Positions 38,718 through 50,098 are shown, counted from the first letter of the stretch. The stretch: DNA of 64,000 bases from an uncultured Lachnospiraceae bacterium (GCA_964631595.1 CAZVXL010000010.1:685-64684); one strand, 5' to 3'. Made by a program: numbers and translations. The notes: generated from the sequence alone by a model not told the origin.

Positions 38718-41027
38718 GTGCGAGAGGCGAAAAAGAGAATAGACAGATCCACCGTAAAGCGTCTCGGTGTGGTGATGTGTGTTTTTGCGGTCGTTGCGGC
38801 GGCTCTTATCGGAGTTTTGGCGAAGCTTCAGCTTGTGGATCATGCCTACTACAAGACGAAGGTGCTCGATCAGATGACCGTCTCCACGGAGGTGAATCCC
38901 GAGAGAGGCACCATATACGACCGAAACGGCAGTATCCTTGCGGCAAATTCCTCAAACTACCTGATCTTTATATCTCCGCAGGATATCATAGATGCCATGG
39001 AGGATACCGAGAACAGCACGGTATACACGTGGACTGACAGCTCGGGAGCCGACAAAAAGGGACTTCGGATGAATGAGCTGATCGCGGAGGGGCTGTCGGA
39101 GATACTCGGGATCGAAAAGTCCGAGATACTCGAAAAGGCCGCCAAGGATGGCAGAAGATACGAGGTCATAAAGAAAGAGGTAGCGGAGGAGGATGCCGAG
39201 AAGGTTCGGGAGTTTATCTCGGAATACGGGCTCACAAGGCAGATCTACCTGCGAGCATCGTCTATAAGAACGTATCCTTACAGTGAGCTTGCATCACAGG
39301 TGATAGGCTTTGTGAACAAGGACGGCAAGGGAATCTACGGTATCGAGAGCTATTACAACAATCTGCTTGAGGGCACGTCGGGAAAATACATCGCCGCGCA
39401 GGATGCACACAGCGAGGATATGCCGTTTGAATACGAGAGCTATATTGATGCGGAAAACGGTTATAATATCGAGACCACGCTTGACGTGTATATCCAGTAC
39501 GAGCTTGAAAATCAGCTCAAGGCGTCCTACGAGGACAATAATCCGAACGAGCGTGTTTCGGGAATCGTCATGAACGTGAATACCGGAGAGATACTTGCGA
39601 TGGGTACGTATCCCACCTTCGATCTGAACGATCCGTATACGCTTGACAGCGCATCGCTTGCAAAGCTGGAGCTGCTTGATACGGAGTCAGACGAGTACGT
39701 GAGCACAAAGTACGATCTGCTGTATAATATGTGGTCGAACAAGGCGGTATCCGGACTTTACGAGCCCGGCTCGACATTTAAGATAATCACCTCGGCAATG
39801 GCGTTTGACGAAAGCGCCGTTACCGTGAATGACAGCTTCTACTGCGCGGGAAAGCATTACGTCGAGGGCTACGGCGATGTGCGCTGTCATAAGGCGGGCG
39901 GACACGGAAGACTCACCTTCGCTGAGGGACTTCAGCAGTCCTGCAACCCCGTGTTCATGGTTCTTGCCGAAAGGCTCGGCATAACAAACTTTTACAACTA
40001 CTTCAACTCCTTCGGATATCTTGCAAAGACGGGGATAGACCTCCCCGCGGAGGCATCTCCGATAGTGACCGCCGAAAAGGATTTCACGGGAGTGTCCCTT
40101 GCGGTCTACTCCTTTGGACAGACGTTCAAGACCACGCTCATTCAGCAGATAAGAGCCGTGGCATCGGTGGCAAACGGCGGATATCTTGTAACACCGCATA
40201 TCCTGAAGACGATAAAGGACAGCGACGGAAATACCGTTGCGGAGTTCGATACGGAGCCGGTGAGACAGGTGGTGAGTGAGGCCGCCTGCGATACGGTGAC
40301 GGAGATCCTTGAAGCGGGCGTATCGGGCAACGGCGGAGCGAAGAATGCCTATGTAAAGGGCTATAAGGTCGCCGCAAAGACCGGTACCTCGGAGAAAAGA
40401 GATAAGGTCGATGAGAACGGCGAGAAATCGTACAGGGTGGGCTCTACCGTGGCGTATGCGCCGGCGGACGATCCGGAGATCGCGGTAATAATCATCTGCG
40501 ATGAGCCGACGAACGGCGTCGTATACGGCTCAAGAGTGGCGGCTCCGTATGTGTCGAATCTTCTGTCGTTTGTGCTCCCGTATATGGGCTTTGAGGCGGA
40601 GTATACGGAGAAGGATCTTGAAAACGTACAGGTGGCTGTGCCGAGCTGTGTCGGCAATACGGTCGATGCGGCAAAGAGCGATCTTGAGTGGCGCGGCTTC
40701 GCCTGTGAGATCGTGGGTGACGGAGATACCGTTACCGCACAGCTTCCCGCCGCGGGTGAGAGCATCAGCCAATCGCGCGGACGTGTAATACTTTACACCG
40801 GCGGTGAGGCGCCGAAGGCGGATGTCAAGGTGCCCGATCTGATAGGTAAGACTGCCGAGGCGGCAAACCGTATACTGGTAAATGCGGGCTTGAACATTAG
40901 CCTGACCGGAGCCGCCGGACACCAAGAGGGCGCAATAGTAATAGATCAGTCTATTGCGGCGGATACACTCGTTCCCGCGGGAACGGCAGTGACGATAGAG
41001 CTCAGGTATATGGATTCCACAGACTGA
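38718..41027 (+). CDS. Class B penicillin-binding protein (FtsI/SpoVD family) with two PASTA domains
   Basis: RGTIYDRNG, EPGSTFK (SxxK), SCN, KTGT; GTG start after gaggggg (an ATG at 38688 is an alternative). Confidence 0.93.
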   Translation: MREAKKRIDRSTVKRLGVVMCVFAVVAAALIGVLAKLQLVDHAYYKTKVLDQMTVSTEVNPERGTIYDRNGSILAANSSNYLIFISPQDIIDAMEDTENSTVYTWTDSSGADKKGLRMNELIAEGLSEILGIEKSEILEKAAKDGRRYEVIKKEVAEEDAEKVREFISEYGLTRQIYLRASSIRTYPYSELASQVIGFVNKDGKGIYGIESYYNNLLEGTSGKYIAAQDAHSEDMPFEYESYIDAENGYNIETTLDVYIQYELENQLKASYEDNNPNERVSGIVMNVNTGEILAMGTYPTFDLNDPYTLDSASLAKLELLDTESDEYVSTKYDLLYNMWSNKAVSGLYEPGSTFKIITSAMAFDESAVTVNDSFYCAGKHYVEGYGDVRCHKAGGHGRLTFAEGLQQSCNPVFMVLAERLGITNFYNYFNSFGYLAKTGIDLPAEASPIVTAEKDFTGVSLAVYSFGQTFKTTLIQQIRAVASVANGGYLVTPHILKTIKDSDGNTVAEFDTEPVRQVVSEAACDTVTEILEAGVSGNGGAKNAYVKGYKVAAKTGTSEKRDKVDENGEKSYRVGSTVAYAPADDPEIAVIIICDEPTNGVVYGSRVAAPYVSNLLSFVLPYMGFEAEYTEKDLENVQVAVPSCVGNTVDAAKSDLEWRGFACEIVGDGDTVTAQLPAAGESISQSRGRVILYTGGEAPKADVKVPDLIGKTAEAANRILVNAGLNISLTGAAGHQEGAIVIDQSIAADTLVPAGTAVTIELRYMDSTD

Positions 41028-41085
41028 CGGGCTCGGCGCACAGAAACACGGATGTCAAAAGCATTTGATTTTGACGGAGGTTTCT

Positions 41086-42657
41086 ATGCTGCTTCAAAAG
41101 CTTCTTTCAGGTGTAAAAATAACGGGCGTATCACCCGCGGGTGATGCGGGAGACGATGCCCTTCGGCATATTGATGTTGAGGGGGTATCCACAAGCTCCG
41201 AGACTGTGCGCGCGGGAGATGTGTTCATCTGCATAAAGGGAGAGCACACCGACGGGCATCTGTATGCCGAGGAGGCGGTAAGGCGCGGCGCGGCGGCAGT
41301 CGTCGCAATGCGACACCTGAATCTCGGAGTGCCGGTCATAACGGTGGAAGATACGAGAGTTGCCGCCGCGTACATATGGAGCAACAGATATTCTTCACCT
41401 GCCGAGGGCATGACGGTGATATCCGTGACGGGCACGAACGGCAAGACCTCCGTGACGTATATGCTCAGAGAGATACTGAGAGCGGCAGGGTGCCGTTGCG
41501 GGCTCATAGGAACTGTCAGATGCATGGCGGAAGATGAGGAGCTGTACACGGGCGGAGGCTCGGAGCTCAGCGGAGCCGCCGCCGCGATGACTACACCGGA
41601 TCCGGAATACCTCTACGGTATGCTGCATGAGATGCGGCTTCGCGGAATGACACACGTGCTGATGGAGGCGTCCTCACACGCGCTGGCACAGCACAAGCTT
41701 GATCCCATCGTCTCGGATATGGCGATATTTTGCGGGCTGTCTCCGGAGCATCTTGATTACCACGGCACGATGGATAATTATCTGGCAGCAAAAGCCGTGC
41801 TGTTTCGCCGTGCGAAAAGAGGCATAATAAATTGGGACGATCCGTATTCCGCGCGACTGTGTGAGGCGGTCGGTGGGAATTATATAAGGGTAGGCACTGC
41901 TGCCGACAGGCGCACGGATTGCGAGCTTTTTGCCGATGGTATAGTATACAGCCGAGGACGGGTGAGCTACCGCCTTGTCGGAGAGGGCACGGATATTGCC
42001 GTCGAGTGTGCGATGTCGGGCATATTCGGAGTGTATAACTCCATGCTTGCCGCCGCCGCCGCACTCGAGGCGGGTGTCGCGCCCGAGATAATAAGCTCGG
42101 CGCTCGGTGGCTTTTCCGGCGTTGAGGGTAGAATGGAGACTGTCGCAAGCCTCGGCGGACTCAGGGTGATAAGAGATTACGCGCATACTCCGGAGGCTCT
42201 GCGTGCGGCAGCACGGATCGCCGCCGCCGAGACCGACGGAAAGCTGTGGCTCCTGTTCGGCTGCGGAGGCGACAGAGATAAGACGAAGCGTCCCGAAATG
42301 GGGCGTATCGCCTCAAGCATCGCGGATTTCACCGTGATAACCTCAGATAACTGCCGCAGTGAGGACAGAGCTGCGGTCATTGCCGATATCGCGGCGGGCT
42401 TTGACAGCTCAAAGCCGCATATCATAATTCCCGACAGGGAGAGGGCAGTGCGGTATGCCGTTGCGAATGCCGGCATGAGAGACACCGTACTGCTGTGCGG
42501 CAAGGGACACGAAAACTACGAGATAACCGCCGATGGAAAGCGGCCGTTTGACGAAGCGGCGATAGCACGCTCGGCAATAAGAGAAAGAGCCTTGCGTATC
42601 GAGCGCAGGGGAAATTGCAGCCGAAGGAAGTATTCGGCACGAAAAAAGAAAGGATAA
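41086..42657 (+). CDS. murE: UDP-MurNAc-dipeptide:meso-DAP ligase
   Basis: VTGTNGKTS, MEASSH, EHLDYH, DYAHTP, GCGGDRD, DNCR (variant of DNPR), GKGHE. Confidence 0.95.
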   Translation: MLLQKLLSGVKITGVSPAGDAGDDALRHIDVEGVSTSSETVRAGDVFICIKGEHTDGHLYAEEAVRRGAAAVVAMRHLNLGVPVITVEDTRVAAAYIWSNRYSSPAEGMTVISVTGTNGKTSVTYMLREILRAAGCRCGLIGTVRCMAEDEELYTGGGSELSGAAAAMTTPDPEYLYGMLHEMRLRGMTHVLMEASSHALAQHKLDPIVSDMAIFCGLSPEHLDYHGTMDNYLAAKAVLFRRAKRGIINWDDPYSARLCEAVGGNYIRVGTAADRRTDCELFADGIVYSRGRVSYRLVGEGTDIAVECAMSGIFGVYNSMLAAAAALEAGVAPEIISSALGGFSGVEGRMETVASLGGLRVIRDYAHTPEALRAAARIAAAETDGKLWLLFGCGGDRDKTKRPEMGRIASSIADFTVITSDNCRSEDRAAVIADIAAGFDSSKPHIIIPDRERAVRYAVANAGMRDTVLLCGKGHENYEITADGKRPFDEAAIARSAIRERALRIERRGNCSRRKYSARKKKG

Positions 42658-42662
42658 GCCGT

Positions 42663-44102
42663 ATGAGTATCAAGCTGAAGCTGAAAAGCTTTACCGCAGA
42701 GGAAATTGCGGAACAGACAGGGGGAAGGTCGGAAATACACGGCAAGGGAGCCGCCGGCTGTGTCACCTCAATAGGTCACGATTCGAGAGATGTTTCCGAC
42801 GGGATGCTTTTCTGCGCGATAATCGGTGAGAGCTTTGACGGCAACGATTTCATAAAGGATGCTCTTGATGCCGGCTGTGATACGGTGCTGTGCAACAGAG
42901 TCCCCGAGAATACGGAGGGGTACGATTTCACCGCCGTTATCGTAGATGATACCGTGAGAGCGCTCGGACGGCTTGCGGCATATTACCGCGGCTTTTCTCA
43001 GGCGAAGGTCATTGCGGTGACGGGAAGCGTCGGCAAGACCACCACCAAGGAGTTCATCTATGCGGTGTCCTCCGCCGCCTTCAAAACGCATAAGACGCTC
43101 GGCAACTACAACAATGAGATAGGGCTTCCGCTGACAGTTTTCGAGCTGTCTCCCGAGGATCGGGTGGCGGTGCTTGAAATGGGAATGTCGAACGCCGGCG
43201 AGATCGAGAGAATGAGCCTCATCGCGCGCCCCGATATAGCCGTGATCACCAATATCGGCACCTCCCATATAGCAAGCCTCGGCACGAGGGAGAATATATG
43301 CAGTGCAAAGCTTGAGATCGCCGCAGGACTTGCGCCGGACGGCTGTCTCATTATGAACGGAGACGAGCCGTTGCTGTTCTCCCAAAAGGAGAGACTGGGT
43401 GAAAGAGCCGAGTATTTCGGAGTCCACAACAGATATGCGGATTTCAGAGCCGTAAATATCCGCGTCTCAACGCCGATAGTGTACGATCTGATCTTCGGTG
43501 ACACCGCGGTGACGAATATCGAGGTGCCGACGCTCGGAAAGCACAATGTGTACAACGCCCTTGCCGCATATGCGGTGGGTGTGAAGCTCGGCATGACTGA
43601 TGAGAAGATACGCAACGGACTGCGCTCCTTCTCGGGAGCGGATAAGAGGCAGAGCATCTACGAGGCGGACGGCATTACCGTGATCGACGACTGCTACAAT
43701 GCCAGCCCCGAATCCATGCGCGCCGCGATAGAGGTGCTGGTATCCGTGGCGGGAGAGAGGGGCGGAACTCCGACGGCGCTTCTCGGAGATATGCTTGAGC
43801 TCGGAGAATATTCACAGCTCATGCACGATCAGCTCGGAAGAACTGCGGCACAGCTCGGAGTTCGGAAGCTGTTCTGCTACGGCTCCATGGCGGATGTTGT
43901 GGCGGAGGCGGCGATAAAGAACGGTGTCCGCGCGGACAACGTGTTTGTCTGCCTTGACAGCGACAATCCCGAGCTTATGGCGGATATGATCGTCGGCTCG
44001 GTGCAAAAGGGAGACGTGCTTCTTGTTAAGGCAAGCAGAGGTATCAGAGCCGAAAGAGTTATCGAGTCACTCAAGAATAAGCTTGCGAAAAAGAAAAAAT
44101 AA
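42663..44102 (+). CDS. murF: UDP-MurNAc-tripeptide:D-Ala-D-Ala ligase
   Basis: VTGSVGKTTTKE, NNEIGLP, LEMGM, DCYNASPESM, LGDMLELG, VKASRG. Confidence 0.96.
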   Translation: MSIKLKLKSFTAEEIAEQTGGRSEIHGKGAAGCVTSIGHDSRDVSDGMLFCAIIGESFDGNDFIKDALDAGCDTVLCNRVPENTEGYDFTAVIVDDTVRALGRLAAYYRGFSQAKVIAVTGSVGKTTTKEFIYAVSSAAFKTHKTLGNYNNEIGLPLTVFELSPEDRVAVLEMGMSNAGEIERMSLIARPDIAVITNIGTSHIASLGTRENICSAKLEIAAGLAPDGCLIMNGDEPLLFSQKERLGERAEYFGVHNRYADFRAVNIRVSTPIVYDLIFGDTAVTNIEVPTLGKHNVYNALAAYAVGVKLGMTDEKIRNGLRSFSGADKRQSIYEADGITVIDDCYNASPESMRAAIEVLVSVAGERGGTPTALLGDMLELGEYSQLMHDQLGRTAAQLGVRKLFCYGSMADVVAEAAIKNGVRADNVFVCLDSDNPELMADMIVGSVQKGDVLLVKASRGIRAERVIESLKNKLAKKKK

Positions 44103-44144
44103 CACGGCAGAACACCACTGTGCGATGCTTTTGAGACAGGAGAT

Positions 44145-45149
44145 ATGACAATGAACGACCTGATACTGTTTTTGCTTACGGCAATGCTCACGTTTCTTTT
44201 TACCGTGATTGCCTCAAGGCGGCTGATCCCTTATCTCAAAAGCAAGAAGATGGGACAGCATATACTTGATATAGGTCCGCGCTGGCACAAGAACAAGGAG
44301 GGAACTCCGACAATGGGCGGAGTGGCGTTTATTCTTGCCTCCGTGCTCTGCGGCTCTGCGGCGGCTGTGTGTATCGCGATACGCGACGGCGGCAGTGCGG
44401 CTCGCGGACTTGTCGCAACGCTTGCATACGCTCTTGTGTGCGGACTGATCGGCGTGGCGGACGATGTGCGTAAATTTACGAAAAAAGAGAACGAGGGGCT
44501 CACCGCCTCGCAAAAGTATCTTTTGCAGCTCATCGCCTCCGGCGCATACCTGTTCCTTCTTTTCCGCTCCGGCATCGTTACGACCGAGCTTCGGATCCCG
44601 TTTACGGGTATCTCACTTGAGCTCGGCGGCTTCTACTTCATATTCGCGCTTATCCTTCTGACCGGCGTAAACAACAGCGTGAATCTGACAGACGGTATCG
44701 ACGGACTTGCATCGACGGTGACCTTCGTCGTTGGCGTGTTCTTCGCACTTGCAGCACTCCTCGGTAAGACTTCCTCGGTAAGCGGACTCGGTGTGATCTC
44801 GGCGCTTCTCATCGGAAGCACGCTCGGCTTTCTTGTGTACAATTTCTATCCCGCAAGGGTATTTATGGGAGATACCGGCTCGCTGTTTCTCGGCGGCCTT
44901 GTCGCAGGCGCCGCATTTCTCTGCGGTTCACCACTCATCGTGGTGCTGTGCGGCATCATATATATAGCGGAGGCGGCGTCCGTTATGCTTCAGGTGGGAT
45001 ATTTCAAGCTCACCCACGGCAAGCGACTGTTCCTCATGAGCCCCATTCATCACCATTTTGAGAAAAAGGGCTGGGGTGAGGTTAAGATATGCACGGTGTT
45101 CGGCGCCGTGACCGTATTGTTTTGCATTTTGGCTTGGATCGCATTGTGA
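44145..45149 (+). CDS. mraY: Phospho-MurNAc-pentapeptide translocase
   Basis: KEGTPTMGG, NLTDGIDGL, VFMGDTGSL, PIHHHFE. Confidence 0.97.
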   Translation: MTMNDLILFLLTAMLTFLFTVIASRRLIPYLKSKKMGQHILDIGPRWHKNKEGTPTMGGVAFILASVLCGSAAAVCIAIRDGGSAARGLVATLAYALVCGLIGVADDVRKFTKKENEGLTASQKYLLQLIASGAYLFLLFRSGIVTTELRIPFTGISLELGGFYFIFALILLTGVNNSVNLTDGIDGLASTVTFVVGVFFALAALLGKTSSVSGLGVISALLIGSTLGFLVYNFYPARVFMGDTGSLFLGGLVAGAAFLCGSPLIVVLCGIIYIAEAASVMLQVGYFKLTHGKRLFLMSPIHHHFEKKGWGEVKICTVFGAVTVLFCILAWIAL

Positions 45150-45185
45150 TCCTTTGATAATTTACCGAGAAGGGAGCTGTGACGT

Positions 45186-46523
45186 ATGTCGGAGGATAAT
45201 AAAAACGCGGGCACGAATAAGAGCTCGGGTACGGAGAACAGGGTGCGCCGTGTATCCGGTGTCACAGTGACCGGCAGAGGACTCAGACGGGTGGAAAATC
45301 TCCCTACCGACAGAGCGGTCGAGGAAAAGCGCAGGAGGGAGAGAGAGGAATCCGAGTGGAATCGCGGCATAATCAGAATAAAGACCGGCAGCGACAGGAT
45401 ACTGCTTGCGATAATTCTGCTTCTGCTGACTCTCGGCTGTATCATGGTATTCAGTGCCAGCTACCCCTTGGCGCTCTATAGGACTGCCGGAAGTGACAGC
45501 CTGCTTTACATAAAGCGCCAGATTGCCTTTGCGGCTGTCGGTGTGATAGTTATGGTGGCGGTGAGCTTCATTCCGTACAGCTGGTTCAAAAGGCTTGCGC
45601 CGATAGCATACGCGGTGGGGCTTTTGTTGCTCATACTTGCACTGTTTATCGGCCACGGCGGAGACGAATCGACAACGGAGGCGGGAGTCAGACGTTGGAT
45701 CGGAATAAAGGGCACGTCGTTCAACATACAGCCCTCGGAGCTGATGAAGCCGGCGGTGGTGATGATGCTTGCGTGGTATATGGATAAATACCGCGACAGC
45801 ATAATCGACCGCACAGACCGCAGAACCTACCTTGTTCGGGGAATACTTTTCCCGTTTATGATACTCGGACTTGCCTGTATATGCGTGCTTGTCGGAAAGC
45901 ATCTGTCCGGCACGCTCATCATAGGAATGCTCGGCGTTTGCATAATATTCCTCGGCGGAGCCCATTTCGGGTATATTATGGCAACGGGAGCCGCCGCGGG
46001 CGGTATCGCAATGGTGGCGTATGTCCTCATGAATCCGTATGCGCTCAAGAGAATCACGACCTTTACCGACAGCAACGCCGACGTGCTTTCCGATAAATGG
46101 CAGACGACACAGGGACTTTATGCCATAGGCTCGGGCGGACTTCTCGGCACGGGACTCGGCGGAAGCAATCAGAAGTTCAGCTACGTCTCCGATGCACACA
46201 CCGACTTCATATTCACTATCTGGTGTGAGGAAATGGGCTTTATCGGAGCTGTCCTGCTCATATGCCTGTTCCTCGCTTTTATCTGGAGAGGTCTTAATGT
46301 CGCGATGCACGCGCCCGATACCTTCAGCTCACTTCTTGCCGCGGGTATCGTTATCCAAGTGGGACTTCAGGTCTTTCTGAATATCGGAGTTGTTACCGAT
46401 GTCATCGTAAACACGGGAGTTCCGTTGCCGTTTTTCACCTACGGCGGAAGCTCGCTCGTCGTGCTGATGGCGGAGATGGGAATACTTCTGTCGATCTCAC
46501 GCCATTCGTATCAGAAAAAATAG
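45186..46523 (+). CDS. ftsW: SEDS glycosyltransferase FtsW/SpoVE
   Basis: RRWI, QPSELMK, HTDFIF, EEMGF, TGVPLPFFTYGGSS. Confidence 0.9.
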   Translation: MSEDNKNAGTNKSSGTENRVRRVSGVTVTGRGLRRVENLPTDRAVEEKRRREREESEWNRGIIRIKTGSDRILLAIILLLLTLGCIMVFSASYPLALYRTAGSDSLLYIKRQIAFAAVGVIVMVAVSFIPYSWFKRLAPIAYAVGLLLLILALFIGHGGDESTTEAGVRRWIGIKGTSFNIQPSELMKPAVVMMLAWYMDKYRDSIIDRTDRRTYLVRGILFPFMILGLACICVLVGKHLSGTLIIGMLGVCIIFLGGAHFGYIMATGAAAGGIAMVAYVLMNPYALKRITTFTDSNADVLSDKWQTTQGLYAIGSGGLLGTGLGGSNQKFSYVSDAHTDFIFTIWCEEMGFIGAVLLICLFLAFIWRGLNVAMHAPDTFSSLLAAGIVIQVGLQVFLNIGVVTDVIVNTGVPLPFFTYGGSSLVVLMAEMGILLSISRHSYQKK

Positions 46524-46580
46524 ACATTTGACTAAATCGGCGCGGCGGTGAAACTGTCCGCATATGTAAAGGAGAGCGTT

Positions 46581-47756
46581 ATGAGAGTCGTATTTACCGG
46601 AGGCGGAACGGGCGGTCATGTGAATCCCGCTATCGCGATAGCCGATACAGTGAAAAGAGCGGAGCCGGATTCGGAGATAAGCTTTGTCGGAACTCCTAGG
46701 GGAATAGAAAATAAGCTTTGCGCCGATGCGGGATATCCCATATATCACGTGGATATTCAGGGCTTGCGGCGCAAGCTCACTCTGTCAAATCTGAAAACTC
46801 TGTATCTCACGCTCACGTCTCCGCATAAGGCGAAAAAGCTCCTGCGTGAGCTGAAGCCGGATATCGTACTCGGCACAGGCGGGTATGTTTGCTGGCCCGT
46901 TGTAAAGGCGGCGGCGAAAATGGGTATACCGACTGCGCTCCACGAATCGAATGCGGTGCCGGGGGCGGCGGTGAAGCTTCTCTCGGGAGAGGTTGACAGA
47001 GTCTACCTCAATTTTGCCGAGACCGCCGACAGTTTTGCGGACAGGTCAAAGCTGTGCAGAGTGGGCAATCCGCTCAGAAACGGCTTCTCCCGCATTACGA
47101 GGGAGGAGGGGCGCAGACTGTGCGGTATCGGTGACAGATACAGGTATACGGTGCTCTCCTTCGGCGGAAGCCTCGGTGCGGAGATGGTAAATGAGGCTGT
47201 GCTTGACATGATGCGTGATTTCTCATCAAAGAGAGATGACGTGTACCACATACACGCCTGCGGCTCAATCGAATGGGAGGCAGCGCAAAAGGGCTTTGCC
47301 GAGCGCGGACTTGACGGGTGCGAAAATCTGGCGCTGAAGGAGTACATCTTCAATATGCCGGAGCTCATGGCGGCGGCGGATCTCGTGATCTGTCGTGCGG
47401 GAGCCATGACGGTGTCGGAGCTTGCCATGTGCGGCAAATGCGTGATCTTTATTCCGTCACCGAATGTTACGAATAATCACCAGTATAAGAATGCGGCGCT
47501 TCTGAGAGACGGCGGTGCCGCGGAGCTGATCGAGGAGAGGAAGCTTGCCGAAAGACCGCTTGCGGCTGTGGCGGAGCAGCTTCTCTGCGATGACGGTGCG
47601 CGTCGGCGCGCCGAAATGAGCGAGAGGATATCGCAGTTTGCGATAAAGAACGCCTGCGAGCTGATATACGAGGATATGAGGAGGCTTGTCTCCGAAAAGA
47701 ACGGCAAGCGCGGCGCGGGAGATATTTCATTCGGCAGAGCTCACGGGGAGAGATAA
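46581..47756 (+). CDS. murG: Undecaprenyldiphospho-muramoylpentapeptide GlcNAc transferase
   Basis: GGGTGGHVNP, GTGGYV, HESNAVPG, GGSLGA, RAGA, HQYKNA. Confidence 0.97.
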   Translation: MRVVFTGGGTGGHVNPAIAIADTVKRAEPDSEISFVGTPRGIENKLCADAGYPIYHVDIQGLRRKLTLSNLKTLYLTLTSPHKAKKLLRELKPDIVLGTGGYVCWPVVKAAAKMGIPTALHESNAVPGAAVKLLSGEVDRVYLNFAETADSFADRSKLCRVGNPLRNGFSRITREEGRRLCGIGDRYRYTVLSFGGSLGAEMVNEAVLDMMRDFSSKRDDVYHIHACGSIEWEAAQKGFAERGLDGCENLALKEYIFNMPELMAAADLVICRAGAMTVSELAMCGKCVIFIPSPNVTNNHQYKNAALLRDGGAAELIEERKLAERPLAAVAEQLLCDDGARRRAEMSERISQFAIKNACELIYEDMRRLVSEKNGKRGAGDISFGRAHGER

Positions 47757-47798
47757 GCTTCCCCGTCGGGCAAAAGGATCATTACGGAGGGAAGGACG

Positions 47799-48701
47799 TT
47801 GAAGCTTTTCAGGAAGCGGTTTCCCGATATGCGCGAGAGCGAAAGCCTCGTGGACGAGATATACGGGGAGCAGACGGAGCGGGAAATATCCGAGCTTGAG
47901 TCTGACGCCGAGCGGCTTGAAGCCTATGAGCGAATGAAAAGCCGCAAAAGGCGCAGGGGCTTTTTTCGTGCTGTCTGCGCCGTGCTTCTGCTCTTGGTGC
48001 TGACTGTGGCGGTGGGGTACGTCGGATACCGTTTCCTGTTTGTCATAAGCGAGATAGAGGTCATCGGAGACTCCCCCTACGGAGATGAGGAGATATGCGA
48101 GGGAGCGGGTGTCGGCATCGGTGACAGGCTTTTCTCCTTCAGCTCGGTCAAGGCGGAGGCAAGACTGATGAACTCACTGCCGTATATCGGCTCACTTGAT
48201 GTTGAGCGGCATATCCCCGATCGCATCACATTTACCGTGACCTCGGAGGAGCCGGTATATTATACCGAGATCTACGGAAAAATATATTTATTATCGGACT
48301 CACTCAGACTTCTGGGCGAGGCGGGAGATACGGCGCTTGAGTCGCTTGTGTGGCTCAGGCTGTCCGCAGTCCGATTTGCGGAGATGGGCTCACTGCCGAT
48401 CCTTGTGAGTGAGGATTGCGGAAAACAGCTCGGTGAGATCACTGAGCTTGTCAAGGGCTCGGCGCTGCTCGGCAGGATCACGGTCATCGACCTGAGAGAC
48501 GATTACAGGCTGAGCATGGTGTGCGACGGGAAATATCTGCTTGAATTCGGTGAGTACACCGATACGGAGACGAAGCTTCGCATCGCGGATGCCGTGCTGA
48601 AGGACGATATGTTCAAGTCGGACAATAAGGCGAGAATAGACCTCTCCGAGCTGTCGCAAACTATAGTTGTGGTGGACAATCAGCTCGATCTGACCGCTTA
48701 A
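47799..48701 (+). CDS. ftsQ: FtsQ/DivIB-like POTRA protein
   Basis: Single TM, then F.I.EIEVIG, LPYI..V.R..PD.I POTRA pattern; position before ftsZ; TTG start. Confidence 0.8.
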   Translation: MKLFRKRFPDMRESESLVDEIYGEQTEREISELESDAERLEAYERMKSRKRRRGFFRAVCAVLLLLVLTVAVGYVGYRFLFVISEIEVIGDSPYGDEEICEGAGVGIGDRLFSFSSVKAEARLMNSLPYIGSLDVERHIPDRITFTVTSEEPVYYTEIYGKIYLLSDSLRLLGEAGDTALESLVWLRLSAVRFAEMGSLPILVSEDCGKQLGEITELVKGSALLGRITVIDLRDDYRLSMVCDGKYLLEFGEYTDTETKLRIADAVLKDDMFKSDNKARIDLSELSQTIVVVDNQLDLTA

Positions 48702-48845
48702 TATAGACAAACGCATAAAATATCGACGTAATATTATACAAACGTATAAAACACAATAAAAATACAGTAATGGAAAAGAATGGCAAAAAATTCTCGGCAA
48801 AAGCAGAAAAAAACAAGATTTCAAGAAATTTTTTATCAAAAGATA

Positions 48846-48874
48846 TTGCAAAAATTCCCGAATCATTGTATCAT
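48846..48874 (+). promoter_or_regulatory. ftsZ promoter
   Basis: TTGCAA-17-TATCAT in an AT-rich intergenic region. Confidence 0.65.
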
Positions 48875-48964
48875 ATATTATAAGGCATACGCCGCCCATG
48901 TGCGGTTTTATATAATGGTTGAAAGACCTTATTATCCTTAAATATAAAACGGAGGATGTTTACA

Positions 48965-50098
48965 ATGGCATTTGAACCTGACAACAGCTTTGAGAATGGC
49001 GTGGATGTAAATATTAAGGTTATCGGAGTCGGCGGCGGCGGAAACAATGCAGTTAACAGAATGATAGAGAACAGTGTTCGCGGCGTTGATTACATCGCTG
49101 TCAATACCGACAGACAGGCTCTTATGAAATCCAATGCATCTCACAAGATCCCGATCGGAGAAAAGGTCACGAAGGGACATGGCGCAGGCTCCAATCCCGA
49201 AATCGGCTCAAGAGCCGCCGAGGAGAGCATCGAGGAGCTGAAGGACGCACTTGCAGGTGCGGAGATGGTATTTGTAACCGCCGGAATGGGCGGCGGAACA
49301 GGAACCGGTGCCGCTCCCGTGGTCGCCAAGATCGCGCAGGAGATGGGCGTGCTCACCGTCGGTGTCGTTACGAAGCCCTTTGAGTTTGAGGGCAAGCGCA
49401 GAATGGCTCAGGCAGAGGGCGGTATTGAAAAGCTCAGCCAGTTTGTTGACTCTCTCATAATCATCCCCAACGAGAGACTGAAGCAGATCTCCGAGACGCG
49501 CATCACTCTGATGAACGCCTTTGAGGCGGCTGATGACGTGCTCCGTCACGGCGTACAGAGCATTTGCGAGCTCATTAACGTCACCGGATATATCAACCTT
49601 GATTTTGCCGACGTAATGACAGTCATGAAGAATGCGGGCTATGCTCACATGGGTGTCGGTGAGGGAACCGGTAAGGATAAGGCGGAAATGGCGGCTAAGT
49701 CGGCTATCTCCAGTCCTCTCCTTGAGACGTCGATAAGCGGTGCCGGCGGAATCATCGTAAATATCACGGCATCCCCCGATATCGGACTTGACGAGGTCGA
49801 TCTTGCAAACGAGCTCATCCGCAAGGAGGCATCCGAGGATGCAGTCATCATCTTCGGTGTTGCGTTTGATCCCGAGTTTGACGATAAGATGAAGGTCACG
49901 GTAATCGCCACGGGCTTCAACAAGAACGGTGAGCCCTGCGGAAATGATTCCGAGTCCGTTGCAAAGGCACAGAACGAGGCTGCCGCAGAGCGCGTCGCAG
50001 ATATGCCGGTGGTTGAGCCCTCCAACGTATCCGCCGATGAGTTCGGTGAGATCGTTGAGATCCTCAACAAGAATAAGAAGAACAATAACGGCTTCTGA
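48965..50098 (+). CDS. ftsZ: Cell division protein FtsZ
   Basis: [31 protein letters not shown]. Confidence 0.99.
   Translation: MAFEPDNSFENGVDVNIKVIGVGGGGNNAVNRMIENSVRGVDYIAVNTDRQALMKSNASHKIPIGEKVTKGHGAGSNPEIGSRAAEESIEELKDALAGAEMVFVTAGMGGGTGTGAAPVVAKIAQEMGVLTVGVVTKPFEFEGKRRMAQAEGGIEKLSQFVDSLIIIPNERLKQISETRITLMNAFEAADDVLRHGVQSICELINVTGYINLDFADVMTVMKNAGYAHMGVGEGTGKDKAEMAAKSAISSPLLETSISGAGGIIVNITASPDIGLDEVDLANELIRKEASEDAVIIFGVAFDPEFDDKMKVTVIATGFNKNGEPCGNDSESVAKAQNEAAAERVADMPVVEPSNVSADEFGEIVEILNKNKKNNNGF

Noticed and set aside
42340-42360. MurE DNCR motif as evidence of altered peptidoglycan chemistry
   Set aside because: The arginine associated with meso-DAP recognition is retained; only the proline differs
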